64,000 nt of DNA from Candidatus Woesearchaeota archaeon (GTDB lineage: Archaea > Nanobdellota > Nanobdellia > Woesearchaeales > WAPY01), in the NCBI GenBank assembly GCA_049700835.1, contig JBNAUL010000001.1, positions 370,043 to 434,042 of the forward strand, written 5' to 3'. A model generated the notes under the pieces. The model was not told where the DNA came from, searched no databases, and saw only the letters and a program-made list of their open reading frames with translations. Position numbers and translations under genes: made by a program. This document shows positions 59,712-64,000 of the stretch, piece after piece; position 1 is the first letter of the stretch; each line of letters begins with the position of its first letter.

Positions 59712-61856
59712 TTAAGGAACGCCAGGAGTTGTTCCTAACTCAAACGATGTTTTAATAATGCCTTTCAAAACTACAACTCCAATTATGCTTATCATGCAGT
59801 AAATTACTGTTGCCGTTAAAACATTCTTTCCAACATTTATGTCTGTTTCAACATCGTCAAAACCATTTTCAACAATAGTTGCCAATCTTGACAACAAGAC
59901 AACAGCTTCAATCATGTAAATTCCTACCAAAACTTGGAATAAAGTTGGAGGAGTTATCTTTGCAAAGTTTATTAAATTTGTAAAGAAATTTGCTCCTTGA
60001 GTGGCTTGAGTGAATGCACTCAGCAGATTCTTCATTATCTGTTCCAGCTGCTCAAACATTTTGTAAAGAGCTTCAATAATTATTAATGTCAATGAACCAA
60101 CAATCGCTGCAATAAAAGGGCTCATTATTTTTGCCTGCATCTTAACAGAACTTACAGTTTCTGCAAGCAGATCATAAATAAGTTCTTTTATCTTTTTTAC
60201 ATTGTCAAGATAGATTGAGATTTTGCTCATTATGTTATAAACAACATGAGCACCTTTTTTAGCACTTTCAGTCATTATTAACATTATTTCTTTTAAGATA
60301 ACAGAAGGATACTCTAAAATTATTCCTTCATTACTGTCAAAAACTGCTTGTGAGAATGTTTTTCCAAACTTTTTCATCTTATCAAGAATTCTTGAGAAGA
60401 AAGTATAAATCTGCCTTTTTTTAAGGTTTAAGAGTTCATAGTTTGCTATGAATTTTTCAACAGCAATCTCAACAGGAATGTTCTCTGTGAATTGATTTGA
60501 GAGTTGAAATAAAGAAACAGTAAGGTCATCCTCAATTTCAACAACCTGATCTCTTACTCTTTTCTTTTGTATGCTTCTGCCATAAAACAAGATGAATATT
60601 CCAATTGCCAAACCAACAGGAATTGTTAAAGTTTTAAGCATGTTAGCAAGTTCGTATTCTTCTTTGACAGTGCTTGGAACTTCTGCTCCTTGAGGTAGAT
60701 TTTTTGTTTCATTGTAAAGTGGAATTGTCTTAAAGAATAAGTGTATCAATCCAGGAGACATGATTATCAAAGCAAATATTATTGATGCGTAAAGTAAATT
60801 TATAGAGTATTCTTTGCCCTTTATTTTCAGGCTGTAATGATTCTTTTTTGGAAGCCCTTTGACTAAACTGACATCAGGAGCTGAAAAAGCTCCTGGTCTT
60901 TTTGAGAGTATTCTCTGAGACATAAACCAAATCAGCGATGGCAGAACTATTATGTAGCCAAAGAACAAGTATGAAATGTTTATTGATTCTGACATAAAAA
61001 CGCTCATCATAGGAAAAGCCAACAAACCAACTAAAGGAAGCATCAAACCAAAGGTGTTTATAATCAGCACAGGCATCTTTAAATCATGAGAATAATGTTT
61101 CATCTTTTCATAAGTGTCGTCCAAGATGGAATTCAATGTTTTATCAAGAATTCTTTCTTGGTCTTCCTTTGTTTGTTGCAGGACTACTGTTTGCAAAATC
61201 ATGAAAGCTTTTACAAAATCCTTATTTCTTTTCATCCATAGAGGGATGAACATTCTTGTGGCATCTTCGATAGAATTAACCTTCTCGCTGTCCAACAACC
61301 AAATTATTGTCTTTAAGTCCTTTCCCAAGCATCCTGAAAGGTGAGAAGCGGCAAATAGAACAGCATTTTCAAGAACAGGATTAACCCTCATGTAAATCGT
61401 CATGTAGAGTATTGCCAACAATGATTCTTCTTGGGCTTTTATCCTTGTAATCTCAGCAGAGTAGTCAGGATAGCTGTAACAGACATACGCTAAGAAAATC
61501 CCAACGAGCATCATAAAAAAAGCCATCCCCTTGTTGTTTAAAATCAAAAATGGAATTGCTCCCAAGCTTGAGAGCAAAAAAGCCATAATTGAACCTGCAA
61601 AAACAGAACCGCTCGTTGCATTTATAGAAGCAATCTCTAAACCTTCTTCAATGCTTTTGATTTTTTTGTTCTTAAAAAACGGAAGCAATGTTGCTGAAAA
61701 ATCGCAATACTTTTCAAAGAATGTTGAGAACTTCCTTGACTCTTTCTCTTCCTGCACAAAGGTCTGATAAGTGCCTGAGATGATTTTGCTTTCAGAATCT
61801 GTTCTATCTCCTAACCTCTTGCTAACCATCTGTTCTATTTCTTCAATAGAGCTCAT
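59712..61856 (-). CDS. Type IV pilus membrane platform protein (TadC/ArlJ, T2SS F family-like)
   Basis: Two helical cytoplasmic domains (NPVLENAV and NIPVEIAV), each followed by TM clusters; located among pilin-like genes. Confidence 0.75.
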   Translation of the reverse strand: MSSIEEIEQMVSKRLGDRTDSESKIISGTYQTFVQEEKESRKFSTFFEKYCDFSATLLPFFKNKKIKSIEEGLEIASINATSGSVFAGSIMAFLLSSLGAIPFLILNNKGMAFFMMLVGIFLAYVCYSYPDYSAEITRIKAQEESLLAILYMTIYMRVNPVLENAVLFAASHLSGCLGKDLKTIIWLLDSEKVNSIEDATRMFIPLWMKRNKDFVKAFMILQTVVLQQTKEDQERILDKTLNSILDDTYEKMKHYSHDLKMPVLIINTFGLMLPLVGLLAFPMMSVFMSESINISYLFFGYIIVLPSLIWFMSQRILSKRPGAFSAPDVSLVKGLPKKNHYSLKIKGKEYSINLLYASIIFALIIMSPGLIHLFFKTIPLYNETKNLPQGAEVPSTVKEEYELANMLKTLTIPVGLAIGIFILFYGRSIQKKRVRDQVVEIEDDLTVSLFQLSNQFTENIPVEIAVEKFIANYELLNLKKRQIYTFFSRILDKMKKFGKTFSQAVFDSNEGIILEYPSVILKEIMLIMTESAKKGAHVVYNIMSKISIYLDNVKKIKELIYDLLAETVSSVKMQAKIMSPFIAAIVGSLTLIIIEALYKMFEQLEQIMKNLLSAFTQATQGANFFTNLINFAKITPPTLFQVLVGIYMIEAVVLLSRLATIVENGFDDVETDINVGKNVLTATVIYCMISIIGVVVLKGIIKTSFELGTTPGVP

Positions 61857-61857
61857 T

Positions 61858-63309
61858 TTAACAACACTTCACTTTTTCACATGGTGGTGGTGGTGGTGGA
61901 TCAACTAAATGTTCTAAAAATACATGTGCTTTTATTACAAACTTTAAATTTTTGAATTCAGCGCTTCCAACAGGATTTTGATATTTATAATCAATGCACC
62001 TTATATCGGTAACAAACTCGATAGTGTGATTTTCTCCAAAACCATGGCATGGATTTCCAACTTTTGCTAAGCAATACTTGTCACATCCAGTATAAACATA
62101 ATCATCTGGATGCAATGGTGGCGGTTGGTAAGGAATTTGAACTTTACCGCAAGAAGGTTCTGGTTGTTTGCACTCAGGGAATGTTGACACTTCTGTATCA
62201 TCAGGATCATCAATATATTTTTCCTTGTAATTTCCTATAAAATTAAAATTGCTCTTTCCACATTGTCCTGAGACGCAAGGAATTTCAGGAATAAAAACAG
62301 AACCTCCCTCACATTTAGGACCCACTCTGTTAGGATCTAACCAATCGCACCCACTATCGCAAGTCCACCTATAACATTTATCAGGGTATTTAGCGCATTC
62401 TTCTGGGTTTGAATGACATTCATCAGGACAATAAGGCGGAGGACAAGGATTGCAACAGCAGATAAAAACTGTTCTGGCATATTTACAAAATATTGTATAA
62501 TTACAATCCACAAAATCATCCTTTTCTTTAAATCTCTTTTCTAAATCCTGAACAGAGAGTTCAACTATTTGATCTATTGTTTGCTCAGCAACAGCAGGTC
62601 CTTTTGTGCAGATGCTTCCTCCTATTCCTTGAACAAGTTCTTCTGCTTGGCAAGTATACTTGCTTAAAACAGCATCATCATTCCAAGCTTTTATTACTCT
62701 ATATAAGTACCAAAATCTTAATGGGTAAACAGTTATTGTATAAGAATGAACAACCCTTCTTTGCTCTTCATCTAAAGCAGACAACAAAATTCCTTCTTCT
62801 CTTCCAGAGCTGCTTACATCAAAACTCTCATCAGCCCTTGCAATATTGTTGTTTGGAGTTATATCTGGCAAATCAACCCAAACATTTATTTCACCCACAG
62901 TTCCTGACTCGTTGATTATTATTTTTCCAAAATTAACTCCTTTAACATTTGTAAGATAAGAATTACACTCACCTCTTGCATAAGTTTTAATGTTGCTTTT
63001 TACCTTCTCAAATTCAGGAGTTATTGGCTGTGCATAAACAACCCAATAACAATTAGAAGCTCCTCCGCAATTCAAAGCACTAATATAAGCTGCTCTTGTT
63101 GATGATTCTCTCAGCGCATGAAAAGCAAAATCCTTAAGCATCTCTCCATAACTTCCTAAGTAACCTCTTTGCAATTCTTCAGTGTAAGGTCTTTTTTCTT
63201 TAGCAGTTAAACTTATCAAATAAAACAAAATAAGCACTAAAACTATGAAAAAGATAGTCAAATAAGCAGATGCTTTCTTGATAAACTTTTTTGATTTCAG
63301 AACTACCAC
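61858..63309 (-). CDS. Cys/Pro-rich pilin-like adhesin candidate
   Basis: IKKA|SAYLTIFF; very Cys-rich C-terminal half ending PPPPPPCEKVKCC. Confidence 0.7.
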   Translation of the reverse strand: MVVLKSKKFIKKASAYLTIFFIVLVLILFYLISLTAKEKRPYTEELQRGYLGSYGEMLKDFAFHALRESSTRAAYISALNCGGASNCYWVVYAQPITPEFEKVKSNIKTYARGECNSYLTNVKGVNFGKIIINESGTVGEINVWVDLPDITPNNNIARADESFDVSSSGREEGILLSALDEEQRRVVHSYTITVYPLRFWYLYRVIKAWNDDAVLSKYTCQAEELVQGIGGSICTKGPAVAEQTIDQIVELSVQDLEKRFKEKDDFVDCNYTIFCKYARTVFICCCNPCPPPYCPDECHSNPEECAKYPDKCYRWTCDSGCDWLDPNRVGPKCEGGSVFIPEIPCVSGQCGKSNFNFIGNYKEKYIDDPDDTEVSTFPECKQPEPSCGKVQIPYQPPPLHPDDYVYTGCDKYCLAKVGNPCHGFGENHTIEFVTDIRCIDYKYQNPVGSAEFKNLKFVIKAHVFLEHLVDPPPPPPCEKVKCC

Positions 63310-63574
63310 CTCTTTTTTTAATTTGCATTCTTTTATTATTTTTTTGTTATCTTTATTATTATTTTATTATTTTTGTTCTTATGCTAATTTGATATTTTGA
63401 TTATTTTAACTCCTTTCTATTCAATGAATATTTTACTTAAATCTTCTTTTACTTTAGCTATTATTTTATTTTTAACTTATTTTTTATTAATCCATTTTTA
63501 CACTTTTTTATTTTTAAGATTTTATTTTTGTTTTTGCTTTTTTTTTATTTTGTTTTTTTTATTTATCAGTATTT

Positions 63575-64000
63575 TTAGCCCCTTGCAACCATTAAACTTC
63601 CTTCTCCTCTTTTTGAAGGACTGCAAGGCAAAGGATAAACAAAATCATAACTCATAAAATCTTTATCAGGAATTTTCTTCTCAGTTCCGTTATAAGAAGA
63701 GGTTATGTAGAGCGATTTATAAGTTATTTCAACATTCTTTGCGATTTGGTCCCTTAAAGCAGTAGGATTGTCAACATTAACTCTTATCATTTGGCCTCCT
63801 GTTTCTTCGCAAAGTTTTTTTACGCTTTCTTGCCATCTTTTAGGATCATTAAGAAAGAGCTGTGGAGGAACAAAAAAATAAACTCTAACACCATTCTCTT
63901 TTGCTGCTTTCAATCCAAGCTCTGCATAAGCAGGAGTGTTTCCAGGAGTATTGTGGCAACATCCGCCACAAAACAGCATGCGCCTACCATAATATACTAT
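63575..64000 (-). CDS. C-terminal part of a vWA-domain protein (start outside the window)
   Basis: Frame open to nt 64000; AAKENGVRVYF...LCEETGG is the typical vWA C-terminal pattern. Confidence 0.65.
   Translation of the reverse strand: MVYYGRRMLFCGGCCHNTPGNTPAYAELGLKAAKENGVRVYFFVPPQLFLNDPKRWQESVKKLCEETGGQMIRVNVDNPTALRDQIAKNVEITYKSLYITSSYNGTEKKIPDKDFMSYDFVYPLPCSPSKRGEGSLMVARG

Noticed and set aside
1..64000. CRISPR array, DGR, integrase, transposase or rRNA
   Set aside because: By eye, no repeat-spacer periodicity, no reverse transcriptase or recombinase motifs, no template/variable repeat pair and no long GC-rich RNA gene.

Overview
A 64 kb AT-rich chromosomal segment of an archaeon, most consistent with DPANN (Woesearchaeota/Pacearchaeota-like). 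The assignment is inferred from Nop5/fibrillarin, GINS, eL42, ZPR1, NIP7, PAC2, BRE/TATA promoters with leaderless starts, GAGGTG ribosome-binding sites, and fermentation/salvage genes with no biosynthetic pathways. Four blocks: (1) 1-4.2 kb, a wHTH regulator, a secreted beta-rich protein, a polytopic HExxH protease and an anchored surface protein. (2) 4.3-27 kb, housekeeping, fermentation and salvage genes, tRNA-Thr(TGT), tRNA-Gly(CCC), three paralogs of an unknown 170-190 aa family, and a candidate small RNA divergent from pta. (3) 27.1-47.4 kb, a very AT-rich surface-glycan island with three B12-binding and two SPASM-type radical SAM enzymes, three GT-C-like membrane proteins, GT2/GT4 and nucleotide-sugar enzymes. 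(4) 49-64 kb, a type IV pilus-like locus with a TadC/ArlJ-like platform protein, pilin-like proteins sharing a Cys-patterned C-terminal module with variable nested inserts, and Cys/Pro-rich and vWA adhesin candidates. No CRISPR array, rRNA, integrase, transposase or reverse transcriptase was seen. There are two N gaps. All calls come from reading motifs by eye; no database searches were run.
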